Counted from the whole stretch's first letter, positions 46,477 through 59,981 are shown. The stretch: DNA of 63,640 nucleotides, filler included, from Atractiella rhizophila (GCA_021432655.1; 10 parts of 10 records of this genome joined end to end with filler, not necessarily neighbours in it); one strand, 5' to 3'. Notes: a model not told the origin generated them from the letters alone. Made by a program: numbers and translations.

Positions 46477-46688
46477 TCATTTGTCCTTCATCTTCACATC
46501 ACCCCCAGACGTCTTCTCGATGATCGCCCTGTCGCCACCATGAACACTTTACAACCTCAACAATAATAAGGGACGCACCTCAACTTCTTGGAGAAGTCAT
46601 CGTCAACATCGTCATCATCCCAATTATCCTCCCATAATGCGTCCAGCGTGTTCCCCTTCCCATCTGTGCCCGCTTTCCCGGCTTGAAC
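46477..46688 (-). CDS. SEM1: Sem1/Dss1 (26S proteasome lid, TREX-2 subunit), 3' part; absent from the ORF track
   Basis: ...LWEDNWDDDDVDDDFSKKLR|AIIEKTSGGDVKMKDK*. WEDNWDDD...DDFSxxLR is the Sem1/Dss1 signature. GTGCGT...CAG intron; TGA at 46477-46479. Confidence 0.9.
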
Positions 46689-46788
46689 NNNNNNNNNNNN
46701 NNNNNNNNNNNNNNNNNNNNNNNNNNNNNNNNTTAATTAATTAANNNNNNNNNNNNNNNNNNNNNNNNNNNNNNNNNNNNNNNNNNNN
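46689..46788. other. Artificial scaffold linker
   Basis: N44-TTAATTAATTAA-N44. Confidence 0.98.
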
Positions 46789-47082
46789 ACCCGCCCTACT
46801 TCCTCAGCCGCCAATAGATACTATGCCTCTAATTCTGCAAAGCCATTCTCCAAGAGCGCAGCTAAGCGAAGCTCTGTAATGGCACTGGGGTCTATCGCTG
46901 TATGTATCTCTCCTATGATTTCATGGGAAAGCGTTGAAGCTGACTGATCGATGCTGCAGCACTTGCAACACGTTTGTGCTCCTTGATACCATCATTGCAT
47001 CCGATTGATGATCGAACGTTAGTTCTATGTAAAAAATGGACTCGCAAACCCAGAACGGTTCGTTCATCTTCTCGTTTCAGCA

Positions 47083-49071
47083 ATGGAAGCAATCGGTAAT
47101 AAAGGAATAGAGTGGCGGGCAAGAAGTTCTCCCGCTCTCCCCTTGTCCTGGCTCTCCCAGGAGCCCAACCTTCGTCTTACCTCTCCCCGTTGGACGACTT
47201 TGACGATCTCCCACCGTCTCCGGCTGTGCCCGATCCGAAGCCAGTCGTGCCGTTCATCGAGCTGAAGGAGCCAGTGAGACGGGACGCGAGAGAAGCAAGG
47301 ATAGAAGTTCTGGGTAGTCTAGAGGAGGTTTGTCGAATGTGCGTGCTTTCAGCTTGTCTTCAATGTAAGTCGGAGGAGTGATAGGATGGGGTGAGAGAAG
47401 ATGGGGACTCGTCGAGCACGTCAAACTAGCGCGGCGTCCATCCACAGATTCGATGCGAGTCCGTTCTCCCTCGCCCACGCCTCACTCCCCCACTCGCCCA
47501 TCACTAAACCTTCCCTCGACACCTTCTCAAGAACCATTCATCCTCACCCTCCTCCACACCACCACGTCCGCCATCCGTGCTGTCCAGAAATACGTCCTCT
47601 CTCTCCCTTCCGAATCCCTTCAAGCGATCCAGGACTCTCCCTCCGTACGCGATTCGCTCCTCGAAGTCGAACGAGCGAGGAATGAGCGATTTTCGAGCTC
47701 GATGGGAATATCCACTTCTGCCCGGTCCAGGAGCATGATGATACAGCCGAGTGGAGGGAGACTCTCCCTTGGACTTGCCAGTCCGAGTTCAGCGAATGTA
47801 GGGAGGAGGAGCTTCACTCCTGGTCAATTGGGTTCGGTGAAAGAAGGCGAAAAGGAAGAAAAGAAGGAAGACGCGCTCACGACGCTGAGGAGGAGCAGTC
47901 TTGATGTTTTGGGATCTTTGAAGGATATGGAGATGCGTTATCGGTTGCCGGGGCAGGAGGACGAAGGGTTACTCAAAGAGGAGGATGAGGAGGAGGTGGA
48001 AGAAGCGCGATCTAGCGGAAGCGGATCGGGCAGTGGTGAGGGGAAGGGAAAGGGATACATGTATCGGACGGATGTGGCGTTGGAGGATTTGCAGAAGGAA
48101 GCGGAGGTAGTGAGACGATATGTGGAGTTGGTGGATCACGTCTTGTTCCGAGATGCGGAGGGAAAGAAGAAGCGAAAGTCGGTCTTGCCACCTCCTTCCA
48201 GCGGTTCGACGAAGAAGGGACGTCGTCAAGGGAGCCTGTTGGCGTCGTTTGGCCTGAGCGAGACTGGCATTACGGAGGAACCTGAGGATGAAGAGGGAGA
48301 GGGACCCGGCCCACAAATTGAGGTCACAAAGGCGCCGGAGCAAGAGGAAGAGGGAAGTAGTGAGGAGATCGAAGTCCCCGATTGGGCAGCGGCGAACTAT
48401 ACGAATGATCCTCTCCGTTAGTACCGCTTTCATGCTAATAATCGCGATTCGTGATTCCTTTTGGATGAAATTGGGACAGGTCGAGCACACACCGTCCTTG
48501 CTGCATATCTGTCAGCAAGGGTGATATTTCACTTGTCGCCTCCATTTGGTGACGGTTCTCGTGATTCTTTTCTCGATTCATTGCACGATGGCACCTTACT
48601 GTGTTTGGCCTACAATTCGGCACTGAGGAAGAGCCAGAGACCGTGGGGCTTCATCCAGCCGCATTCGATTCATGATCTTTTCTCTGCTCAAGAACCATCG
48701 ATTGGTGGGGGGCATTCGAAGGAGGGCAGCGAGAAGGACAGGGAGCGAACGAAGGTGGGGATGACATTCAGAAAAATCGAAAATCTGCGGGTTTGGGCTG
48801 CGTACGCGTTCCCATCCTCTACATTCTTAGGACGATATCTGATTATCTTTTCGATAACAGTGCTTTGAAACTGCGTTACCTCGTCAATCTTACCCCTCCG
48901 CCAGCTCCGAAGGAGAAGGATAAAGATGCCCCTATCGTCGCACCTCCGCCAGCTTTTGAACCGAAGGTGGTCGCGAGGAAAGAGCAAGGGTGGGAGGATA
49001 TGCTGGAACACGCTGTTTTGAGGTGGGTGCATGCGTTGGTGGAGGAGACGAGGGCAGAGGGCCTAGCTTGA
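47083..49071 (+). CDS. Hypothetical protein with a C-terminal calponin-homology-like segment; multi-exon
   Basis: Consecutive in-phase exons (ORFs 47112, 47378, 48461, 48793). FLDSLHDGTLLCLAYN...FRKIENLRVW resembles the CH-domain pattern LxDGxxLCxLxN...ENI. Confidence 0.65.
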
Positions 49072-50583
49072 GACTCCTTCGGCAGCCTTTGCAGCGTTCA
49101 ATTTGCCTTGAGCTCAACTTCGTTTCGTTCTATCATTAGTCCAATTCATGAGCTGTTGGCTGAGGGGGAGGGCAACACTTCCATTCATGGGTATTGTAAC
49201 CATGTATCGAGCATTTTAGTTGCAGGCGTAACGTGATTTGGGCAGCTGGTATTTCAGTCGATGACAAGGCCTCCTGTCAAAAGAGAAAAACAAAAAGAAA
49301 AAACCAAATCCGTACGTGGCATGTACGAGGCGTACGCTGAACCAAGGTGAGATGAAGGCGTTGATTTGAAGAGGTACTATATTCAAGATATTCAAGGTCT
49401 GGGACATCTAGGAGCGCTCCAAAGTGTGATTAGGAGGGGGGATATAGAAGGTAACGTTAGACTGTTCTTGGATAATACAAGAGGAAAGGAGAAGTGCTTC
49501 GGTTGGGATACTGGAAGAGTGTGTCAGGTAAGTCAGCTCCTACTAGTATGCGGGCCTGTGCAGAAGAGGTAGTAAGAGTGTAAAGGTTGATAGGTAGTCC
49601 GCCTGTTAAACAGTTTGATAAAAGGAGGACTGATAAGGGAGCTCTGGGCGTGACAGTGTATATCTGCCGCGAATGGATATTGGACATTCATACTGCAAAG
49701 AGCAGTTTATGTATAAATTTACACGCTTCCGATTGTGTATTCCGACGCTGACGCTTGACGCTTGCAACCGAAGTCACCAACTTGTGGCTTTCTTCTCGGC
49801 GTTTATGACGGACCATGAGCAAGTCAGGAGTGGGAACTTCCTGATGTAGAGTGGCTTTGCGCAAATTCCGACAGGTTATAAAAGGGAGACCTTCTATCTT
49901 TGGTTTCCCATGTTACTGCCTGGACATAGGCGCAACGAGGGCTCAAGAATCCTCGGTGTCGAGTGTGGGGTTCTCCTCAACTCGGAATCTTCATAATTTT
50001 TTGATCTGGCTGAGGAGGTCTCCTCCTGGCCTTCAAATTTTTTTATCCACCACAGCAATTTGTGAAAGGCATGTTGTCAGATATTGCGCTGAAAAGCTCC
50101 ACTAAATGGTCTGTGTTGAATACGATATATTAAACCTACATTTACCAAATCATCCGTAAATTAGTAGATTTCTATTTAAATGGACGCATTATTTAAGTAC
50201 ATATCATCAAAGGAACTGACAATAGCATAAACTTTGTTTGAGATGTTATAAGTAATAAAAAATCGACCTTATGAATGGGAATTACACGTGATTTTTGTAT
50301 AAATCCAATTAATGTGACGGCCGATGGAGCTATTCCTTTCTTTCGTGTTTGGGAGGGCAACATTGATTTTGACCAAATATCTGGAACAGCGTCTGGTCTC
50401 TTCGGAGTGTGATATGGCACAGATGCAACTTCCTGTTTCAGATGAGAGTAACCTCACTCGGGGTAAGTTACTGAGCGAGCATTGCCTTTAATTCGTTTAA
50501 TCTTGCATTGTCTCGAATAATGAGGGTATACACCAAAGAAATTGCACGTCTCCATCGACAGTAAACACAAAAGTGAGGACAAA

Positions 50584-52793
50584 CTACATCTCCTCGTCCA
50601 TATCTCCTGGCTCCCCACCAGCCCCAAAGAACTCTGAAAAGTTGTAAGGTTGATTAGACTGCTCTCCAGCCATCTCTGCATCCCCATCACCAGCCGCATT
50701 CGAGATATTTCCCCCAGCCACCCTACGCTTTTCCTTTTCCTTCTTCTTTTTGTCCTTCTTCGCAGCCCTTCTTGATAGCTTTGTTAGCCTGCACAGGTGC
50801 TTCCTCACCTTCAAACATTCTATCCTTCTGTGTGGTTCCTTTCTTCACATCCCCTGCGAAGGACACCCGTTTCTTAGGTGGCTGAACGGACACGAAGGCT
50901 CCTCCCTCAACTTCGTCATCCTCTCCCTCTGCTTTTCGTTTATGCGAAATCGCAGGCTCATCCTCTACTTCCATCTCTGCGTCCTCTTGCTCCCCTCCCA
51001 CCCAGCTCACACGGGCATCCGAAGGTTCGGCCATTGCATCCTCGCTGACTATCTTGACGAGCGACTTTCCCATCTCCTTGCTCCCCTTTAGATCCCTCAG
51101 GGCATCCTTGTCCGCCTCTCCATATAATCCTCCGAGATCAAACTCAGGTGCCAACTCAGTAACGATGGTTGCGCTTCCAACGTCGGAGGAGTCCATGGTG
51201 GCGAGAGGAGCGTCAGGTTGCTTCGCTTCTGGAACGGTGGGGGGATTGGTGTAGTATGGTATGCGGCCGGATTGCCAATCGCGCAACACCATCCGTGCCG
51301 CACCTGTGAGGTCAGGAAGACCGCCTTTTCGTATGCGACCGCGAGAGCGCGCAACTTGAACGAGGAAGTCTTGAACTGTTTGGAAGACGGGGATGTTGTA
51401 GAGCATCATGAGATGTTCGGACTTGCAAATATTTAGGATAAACTCCACTGTCCGTCTATCAGACTCGTAAAAACAAGAGGAGGGAGAAAGACACGTACCC
51501 GGTCCAATGGGATCCTGAACATCTTCCACTTTTACTGCGTTGCGGAGAACAATTCGAGGATCTTCCTTCCCGACCCCTTCTCCACTTTCAAGCACAACAC
51601 CCGGACAGTCCAGTACTTTCAGACCTTTATCTATGACTATCTCCTGTACTTGTTTTGTATACCCAGGCACTGGGGCAACTCCGCAAGCTTTAGAGCGCTT
51701 GAGGGTGTTGATAAGGCTGGACTTGCCCACGTTGGGATATCCGATGATTCCTACGGTGAGTGACTTTGGTTTCGCGTTGGAGGTGGAGGTGGAAGGAGCG
51801 GAGAGGTCGGAGCGAGAGAAGTTTTTGAGAAGAGAAATGAGGGGTTGGGTGGATGTGGAGGTCGCGACAGTGGTGTCTGCTGTGAAATTGGCACGGGAGG
51901 AGAGATTGGAGCGCTGGGATTGCGTGGAAGACTTGAATGGAAGGGTGGGATGGATTCGACGGAGGTAGACGAGCCAAGCAAGGACGTTTTCTCGCGGCAC
52001 AAGATCTGCATGACAATGATCATGTTAGCGCACCATTTCCGTGAAAGCATAGAAATGCAGATATGGCCAACGCACCGATCTTGTTTAATACCAACACGAG
52101 TTTCTTCCTTTGCACCCCTCCGGATCTTAATACCTCCTTCTCAACCAGCATACTCCTCGTTCCTATCGGATCTCGCGCATCCAACACTTCCACAATCACA
52201 TCCGAAAGCTCAATCACCTTTTTCAAGCTCTTCGCATGCGTGCGCAAATTCGCAGATTCAGGAACTACATCTTGCGTCTCGTCTTCTTCGATGTCGAGAG
52301 ACATATTTTCGGACGTTGCGCCGGAGAGTGCAGCTAGCGCAGAAGCATCGGTAGCAAGTGAGGATGGAGCGAGAGCACGAGCTTGACGATCAGCCGCTTT
52401 CTGTGGTCAGCATAAAGGTCAACGATTGTTTCTGCCGGAAGAAACAAAGCACTCACCTTCTCTTTAGCTTCCTTCATCTCCTTCAGCAACCTCTCTTTGT
52501 ACGGGAAAGCAGCGGGAATGCCAGGATCTTTCTTGACCCCTTTTCACGATGAGACAACGTCGTCAACAACCCATTGTTGCAGAGATAGCGCAAAGAAAGA
52601 AATAAACGCACTAGATTTCCAAGTGACCTCATTCTTAGCTTCCTTCTTTGCTTTTTTGTGAGAAGCAGATATCCGCTTCTTGACCATCTCCCTCTGTCTC
52701 GTCGTTTGACGGTTAGACGTCTCTGCCAATAGAAGGAGAGGTAAGACAGAGCCATCAGACGTAGAAATGCGTACTCTTGCGTATTTTGACCAT
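50584..52793 (-). CDS. NUG1: Nucleolar circularly permuted GTPase Nug1/GNL3; multi-exon; apparent +1 frameshift at 50766-50768
   Basis: MVKIRK|xTSNR, KDPGIPAAFPYKE, EVLDARDP, LVLNKI|DLVP, GYPNVGKSSLIN, LDCPG, GGLPD..AAR.VLRDW..GRIPYY and C-terminal YNFSEFF. Confidence 0.95.
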
Positions 52794-53339
52794 GTTTAAT
52801 ATCTATCCCCAAGTGCTCTAGCCGTGATCGTCGCCTCTTGCTGCCCAAAATTTTATCGCCGAACTCGGAGTAGGAAGCTGTAGTTTGGGATCACAAACAC
52901 CGGTTACTACCGGTTATTTCCCTTTCAACATCGTCAACTGGCAAGCATATCAACCAGCAACCAGCATTCCTTTGGCCTAATAAACTCTCTGGCTCACTTG
53001 CCTTCAGCATACCTCAGCACGTATTAGACTCAGTAGCATCCATCATTTCTAGCAAAATGGGAGACTCTCTGGTTCATGCAGCGGCAGGCTCATTGGGGGG
53101 TGAGTTGCCTCAGCCCTCCTCCTCCAACGGGCGTTTTGCTAACAGCTTCTATGCATTCCAGGCATCGTAGCAATGTACCTGTCATTTCACGCGTCTTCAT
53201 GCTTCATACTCATGAGCGAACAAATGCAGGGCTGTCACCTGTATGCATATTTGTCAAAATAGCTCAATATTCCTCAATTGACGTTACACCTAGATCCTCT
53301 CATCAACATCTCCACGAGAGCCCAGGTTGAGACAAAGAA

Positions 53340-53439
53340 NNNNNNNNNNNNNNNNNNNNNNNNNNNNNNNNNNNNNNNNNNNNTTAATTAATTAANNNNN
53401 NNNNNNNNNNNNNNNNNNNNNNNNNNNNNNNNNNNNNNN
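53340..53439. other. Artificial scaffold linker
   Basis: N44-TTAATTAATTAA-N44. Confidence 0.98.
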
Positions 53440-53744
53440 GAAGCCCCTGGTGGGGGGGGGATGCCCGAGGGACGAGGGCACTGACACACTTGTATTCCGA
53501 AAAAGGAAAACTGGAAAGATTTCAAGTTATATTACTATATGCACCAAGTAGTTCTGTGCTGCTTTGCAGCTCCAATGCAATGCTCTTGTCGGCTCTTGCT
53601 GCGGCTCCTGTCTATATCACCGGGTTCCTCAAGACTGCTACGGACTGAAAGCATCAGCTCAGGAGTTGCGAAGCAAGGGCTTGGTTGCTGTAGCACTCAT
53701 TGCCTTTCTCGTCCGGTTTGCATTAATTTTAGGTTGCCAGATTT

Positions 53745-55425
53745 TTAATTGCCTGAGAGCTGTTTTCCTCTTCGACTGATCATTTGCCCTTTGTCTGAGA
53801 TCTGTTGGAGATATCGGCCAAATGGCACAAAAATGTTGCAGAGATCTTTCTGAGATAAGTGCTCAGAAAGCATCATATGATGCTTTTGCTTCTTGCGCAG
53901 CCACAACTCGCTGTTAACGAGCGTAAGAATTGAGTTGTAATCAGAGTCTTGGAGAAGTTTCGATTGCTTTTGAAAGCTGATAAGTTGATCATCTGACAGT
54001 ACGAAAGTGCCGTCATTGAGTGACATTGACGACATTCTAGAGCAGATGGTGCTCGGAAGAATGTGCTTCAGAGCGGAGTGCTTGATGGGCAGCTGTGGAT
54101 CATTTAAGAAAGCCTCAAATCGACTACGACGACAAAATTCATGAAACATAGTGAGATTAAGCTCATCTATTCCCCCGTCATCGCGAGCACAGAGGTTGTG
54201 GTGATGGCAACTTACCGAATTTGTTGTTTGTCCGAAACTGCTGGAGAGTTCCGATGATTTGTTCTCCAGACCATTCAGAAAGTGGCATGAGCGGGCCCCA
54301 GAACCTTTGGAGTTGAGGAATGTGCCCAGCTAAATGATGATTTGGAGCGGAAGGAGAGTGAGGAAAGAGTTTGAAGCAGCCTTCTTGAAACTTGCGGTAA
54401 GCATCCTCTCCAAGATCGATGAGGTCATCAGTCAAAGAATAAGCACAAGCAATGTTGGTAAATGTAACCAAAAATGCAAAATTTCTCCAACGTTCCGTGC
54501 AATCAGTTCGTCCAGTCCAGATTATCGGCAAAATGAGAGGCAGACAAACTGTGAATAAAACAAACCAAGTGTCGGCTTTCAATTTGCCATGGGAAGCGCT
54601 TCCAAGGTTCGTTGGAGGCCGTTCGATCCAAGTTGGAATCTCAAGCGCAGCGATCCATTCTCTGACAGATTGCATTTCTTCACCTGTGAAAATACCTTGA
54701 AACTTGTCTTTAGCCTTGGTATTGGATTTGAACTCTTGCTCCTCATCTCCCTCTTCTTGATCCGGTACACTTTCATGGTCACTTGCGCCTTCAACCCAAT
54801 CATGGCCGTGGTACTTTGCCCCATCGTCGTTGTCTGAGTTTTCCAGCTGGTCGAGTATTTCTGCACCAGTTTCAGGGACTTGGAGACCCGCCAAACGCTA
54901 AAATTTCATCCTAAGCTGGGTTGCGGCCAAACCATTTTGATTATATTCCACGGCGTCATCTGCAAGACCAGTAAGATCTTCAAGAATGTCTTCACTATCG
55001 TTCAAAAACTCGAAGTAAATGTCACCCTCATCTTGCATATCGGAGGGTCCTTCTTCTTTGCACTCAGCAGTGGATTGGGGTGGATCATTTGTCGAGACAG
55101 CTTCCGTTTTAGACAATACCTGGATCTCTCCAAGACCCCACTTTCGGTGAAAATAGTTTGACAACAAGCCTTCACAGATGTTGTGCATGATGCCGATAAT
55201 GCTTCCGGTGACTGGATCCCAATAATCATAGAGTTCCAGAAGGCATGAATACCGTGCACCTGATTCTTTGAAGATTTCATCACGTTCAGCAAATGTGGTA
55301 GCAGCTTTCCAATATCTTGCAGCAATGAGGTGTTCCTCAGCAGTTTGAAGCTTCCACTTAGTCGAATCCCAAATCTCGATGTCTTTTTTCTTCAAATAGC
55401 AAAAGGAGCAAAATAAGTTGGCTCC
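53745..55425 (-). mobile_element. CACTA/EnSpm-type (Tnp2 family) transposase, C-terminal part, decayed
   Basis: FCSFC, GARYSCLLELYDYWDP, MHNICEGL, IPTWIERPPTNLGSASHGKLKADTW, PNHHLAGHIP...WGP and EQIIGTLQQFRTN are motifs of fungal EnSpm transposases. There is a stop/frameshift at ~54896. Confidence 0.85.
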
Positions 55426-56337
55426 ATCTTCTTCTTCATCGTCCTCTAGCAAAATTCTGGATTAGCCAAGTCTTATATTTAGGAGAACATGCAGAAATAT
55501 CAGGCTGGAGATAAGAGGTGGGCCATGCGGTTTTCTGAGAAGGGTGAATGTGTGACGCTATAAGCAAATATCAGTCAAGGCAAAAGAAGTGCGAAAAGAC
55601 AACCTTCTGTTTCAAAAGCTGGATGTCCTATGATTGGCCTGGGATGCTGAGTTATGGTTGAAGGGTGAACAGCTGGGGCAAGGTGAGAATTAGGATGGCG
55701 GGTAGGTCGGAGAATGCACCTTTAGCGAGGAGGAGGAGGGACGATGCACCTGCACCGTAGACAAGATCAGTGCGAACGAGTAACAACAGAGCGCGCACCT
55801 GCCAATGGATCTGCTGCAGGGGAGGGATGTAACTACCTGCATCAAACCCTGTGCCAGTAGAAACATCGTCCACAAGATCCTTAATAGGTTCCTGAGCACA
55901 GTCATCACCACTTCCCCTGGCACAACTTCAGCCGCCTCCATTGTCATAGTAATCGAAGTACACTCAGTTCCAGGAGGAATGAATGTGGATGAAGAAGTGA
56001 CAGATTGGGAGCCGCACGTTTGAGAGTGGAGGGAAGGTTCGGTGAAGGTATACAGTTAGAGAGGAGGCTGAGGCTGCTGATCCGTGTAATCTGGGGAGGG
56101 GACGTTTGTCTCGACACCGAGATTCTCAGCTCTACATAACCAATCAGCTGTGTTCTCTCTCAAATGATGACCTCACACTTTTATAGAGGGACTATCTTCG
56201 GCAGCAGTCGCTTTCTTTTTCTTCCTCAAATAAATATCACCATATCCTGATTCCTTGCGCTTTTTGCTTGTCTTCCACTGTTTGGAATTCACTTCCAGGG
56301 GACGTCCGGGTATTCTTCAAGATGGGCTGGGCATCCT

Positions 56338-57373
56338 TCAGTTCAGTGTGATCTGCACTTTCTTCTCCATCCGTACAATACTCCGTTTCCTAGTATAGCT
56401 TGCAGCATTGAGAATATAGAGAGATGTGAAATAACCATCACAATAACTGAGGAGAGGGAAATGTTCGATGAATGCATGTAAGAGTTGATTGGTATACGTG
56501 GAGTCTATTTGGCTGTAGTTCTTTCCAAGAAATCGCTGATCGTTTGCTTTTGCGCTGAAGCACTCTTTCCAGGCTGTACCGATCCATCCCCTAATCTGTT
56601 CCATTTGGATAAGCGAGATTGGTTGGCCGTCTTCACCCTGAATGAAGTCATGTGTCGTTCCTTTCCGCACATCTTTTCCGAGCTTCTTGAAAACGTCATT
56701 CCAAGCCTTGAATTCCTCGGGAAATCGACTCGGTTGAATCTTGGAATCGCGGTGGCATCAGAACTGCGTCAGTATGGCTCGGGGAGAATAAATGACGACT
56801 TGGAGGATTCATGAGGATGAGGCAGTGGCTGAGATGAAGGTGGTGTACGATTGTAATCTTTAAAGCTATCATATAGGGATCTAAAACACCCATTGCATAT
56901 GCATCATAATGTGTACTAATAAGTGCTGATGGAAGAACGGACCTGACAACCCTAATCTCGGTCTGCAGAGCTATATTCTCATCATGTGCTCGTTGATACA
57001 TGGGACTGAAACCAAGAAGATCAGTCGTGGTGACACTGGCCAAGATTTGCTGAAGATTCAGGGACTCTGAAAGGGCTAGATTATGGCGAGGTGATATAGG
57101 TGAGCCTAAGTGTGAACGACCTCGACCCTCTGCAGTGTTGAGGTTGAGATGACGATTCCAGAGTTGAGAAGGATGGGATGGTCCTGGTGAATCCCTGGAT
57201 GGGGTAGAGAGTCGAGAGGTTGGGGTACACAAGGAGATGCTACTTGAACGAGTAAAAAAGTCGACGTTTGGTGACAGCACACCTAAATCAATGCCCTTAA
57301 TACCCATTCCACAGAGAAACAAGAACAAGAAAGAACTTACTGGCTGCAAAATCAACACTACTTTCGTGCTCAC
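56338..57373 (-). pseudogene. Decayed transposon-associated accessory gene
   Basis: Fragments FIQGEDGQPISLIQMEQIR...W...FPLLSYCDGYF resemble an unnamed protein often seen in basidiomycete DNA transposons (from memory). It has stops and frameshifts and lies upstream of the EnSpm transposase on the same strand. Confidence 0.4.
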
Positions 57374-57853
57374 TGAAGGAAGCCTCTATCCCGTCGCTAT
57401 TTCCAAATGCAAAATCCAAATCCTCCTGTGAATGCTTGCTTTCATGATCATCTGATGAATAATCTTCAGAAACCATTACGCCTTTAGTTTGAAGAAGAGA
57501 AATGTGATGTTTTAAAGAGGTTGTTGTTTATGTGGAATATACTTAACTGAGAAGATAGTTGGACTTATTTGGTTATATTGTTGGTAATAGTAATCCTTAT
57601 ATAAAAAGCATGATGGGTTTTGACCAAGACTCACACATTACTTTTAAGCCCTTATATCACCGCCCACAACAACCCTTTCAGAATTCTGAGTATACCACCA
57701 GAATACGCGTGTCGGCGCCTTTCAAACTGTATACAGCAAAGAATATTTGAAAACACAAAAAAAAATTATTTTCAAAACTGAGTCAGGTGACTTCTCCCTG
57801 AGGGACGAGGGGCCGCTCAGCTTGTAACTCAGAAACAGAGATAGAGGATCATT

Positions 57854-58114
57854 ATGATGGACAGTAGACCAACACACCCTTCCAAGAACCATCGATGGTG
57901 TACTTGTAATAGATGCAGGAAGGATTCCCACAGTGGGAAATGGGTGTATCGTCATACTTTTCGAAAACATCAGGTCGATCGGCAAGATAAAGGACCCATG
58001 ATGGAGACTTCATTAGATGATGATATGAACTACAGTCAGGATGATACAGAAGATTCTGATAGTAATGGAGAAAGTCATGTGAGCATTATTTTCTATATTC
58101 GGGCATTTGAGTGA
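57854..58114 (+). pseudogene. Short ORF with a CxCxxC-x5-G-x9-H zinc motif and acidic tail; probable 5' stub of an EnSpm-type transposase
   Basis: WCTCNRCRKDSHSGKWVYRHTFRKH. Confidence 0.4.
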
Positions 58115-58514
58115 ATGGGAACGTGTATAGTCAGTCAGCCCGAACCAGATTTAAGATTGATGATGTCGGTGTTGGGCATCCTGCTTCCCCGAGAAATGAC
58201 CAACCTCAGTCCTAACGGCACATGACGGACAACTGCGCAATATTTGCCTTTTTATTTGACAAAAAATGTGATTGTGCCTGAGGAATACATCTTATGTTCA
58301 CGAATTTTGGAGACTACACGGGTACAGTATAGCGCTATAGCTCAGTAGAATATCTAAGCAATTGGTAAGAGGGGGAAAGACTTTTATATATTGGATATAT
58401 AAGCGCAGTTGAGGGTACACACACCCACGTGACTCTAACACGCTCTGTGAGCACTGTCAAACAGCTCAATCTCACTATACCAGCTCACCTACGCACACTG
58501 GAGGCTAGAGAAGC

Positions 58515-59981
58515 ATGACAAGACGGAAGAAACCCGCTGGACCTACTCCAGCGGAGAAAATAGCAATGCTGAATGAAGCAGAAGCAGAAGCGCGAGAACT
58601 CAGAGCAGAAAAGCATTTAGGATGTCGAGGGGGCAGCAAGAGCGAGGATAGCATCGGACAGATAGCGAAGAGACATAATGTCAGTGCCTCATCTCTGCGA
58701 AACCGACTGAAAGGGGCTCGTCTGCACACCGAAGAAATGGCTTCTCACCAGCAGAAGAAACTGCGATTGTGGACCTCTGCGACCGCTCCCTCAAACTCTT
58801 CTTCCCGATATCCAAACATTATATCATCAATTTTGCGAAATCATTATTTTCAGCCCCACATCCAAATCAAGAATCGGTACGCTTTAGCAGCAACGTTTGG
58901 TATTGAAGATTCCTTGCACGTCATCCAGAGCTTGCCAATCGAGTTGCACACCGCATTTCAAGGGAATGTGTCAATGTTTCAGCACGGGATATTGAAGAAT
59001 GGGCTGAGGAACTGAAGAAGGTTTGCAAGGAGTACGAAATCAAGCAAGCGGATCAGTTCTGGAATTTTGATGAGAAGAGGTTTATGTTAGGTGTGGCTCA
59101 GAAGACACAGGTTGTGGTGAGGCGAGGGGAGGCTGGCAGAGATGCTACTTTCATTCAAGGTGAGCTTTTACATACCCTCTGTTCAACATCAAAAGAGATT
59201 GATAGCCATTGGAAGATGGCAACAGGGAGTGGATCACAGTTGTCGAAAGTGTTAATGCAGCTGGAAATGCAGCTGGAGATACTGCAAATCCCATGATTAT
59301 TTTTGCTGGAAACAACTTGATGGAATCCTGGGTGGAGGATCCGATAAAAAATGCACATTATTGTGTATCTCCAAGTGGTTGGACAGATGACAAGAAACGT
59401 CTGGATTGGCTGAAGATATGGGAAGAAGAAACAAGGCAGGACGATGGAAAATGGCGTCTCCTCCTCATGGATGGGCATGGCTCCCATCTCACCATCGACT
59501 TCCTTCAATATGCCCTTGATCATCATGTCCTTCCTTTCTGCCTTATCCCACACACGACCCATCTTGTCCAGCCACTCGACGTTGCCCTCTTCAGCTCTCT
59601 GCAGCATAATTACAGTAAGGCACTTGACCAAATGGTGCGCAAGCAACGAGAAATCACCAAACCGAAGTTTTCCCGAATTCTTCAATCTGCTCCGAAACCC
59701 ACCTATAGAAGATAGAAGATAATCAAAACGTTCGAAACAGCTGGAATCTTTCCCACGGACCTGGCTACCAATATTCAGTTTATGTGCTTCAAGGAGAAAG
59801 TAGAGGCAGAGCAAGCAGCTCAGCTTCGAGAAAAAGAGCTAGAACAGCTTACGACACCTCCCCTTCGTGACGTTCTTGCGGATCCTTTCAAAAAACTCAC
59901 ACCTCGAACAAGCCAGAAGGTTGCGAAGAAGATTGTGCGCGAGCATCGACCATCTGCACAGGAGCCAGGTACCGTTGCGTC
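58515..59981 (+). mobile_element. pogo/Fot1-type Tc1-mariner transposase (HTH + DDE_1), decayed, 3' truncated
   Basis: SIGQIAKRHNVSASSLRNRLKG (HTH-psq), W.xRFLARHPEL with an internal stop, WNFDEK, REWITVVE, SPSGWTD, LLLMDGHGSH and PHTTHLVQPLDVALF. Confidence 0.9.

Noticed and set aside
10253..46688. Apparent ubiquitin/proteostasis cluster (RBR ligase, UBA4, F-box genes, SEM1)
   Set aside because: The genes are on different artificially joined scaffolds. Only UBA4 and one F-box gene share a scaffold.
51448..51498. 17-aa insertion in the Nug1 GTPase domain suggested by the 425-aa ORF
   Set aside because: It is a stop-free 51-nt GTACGT...CAG intron read through by the ORF caller.
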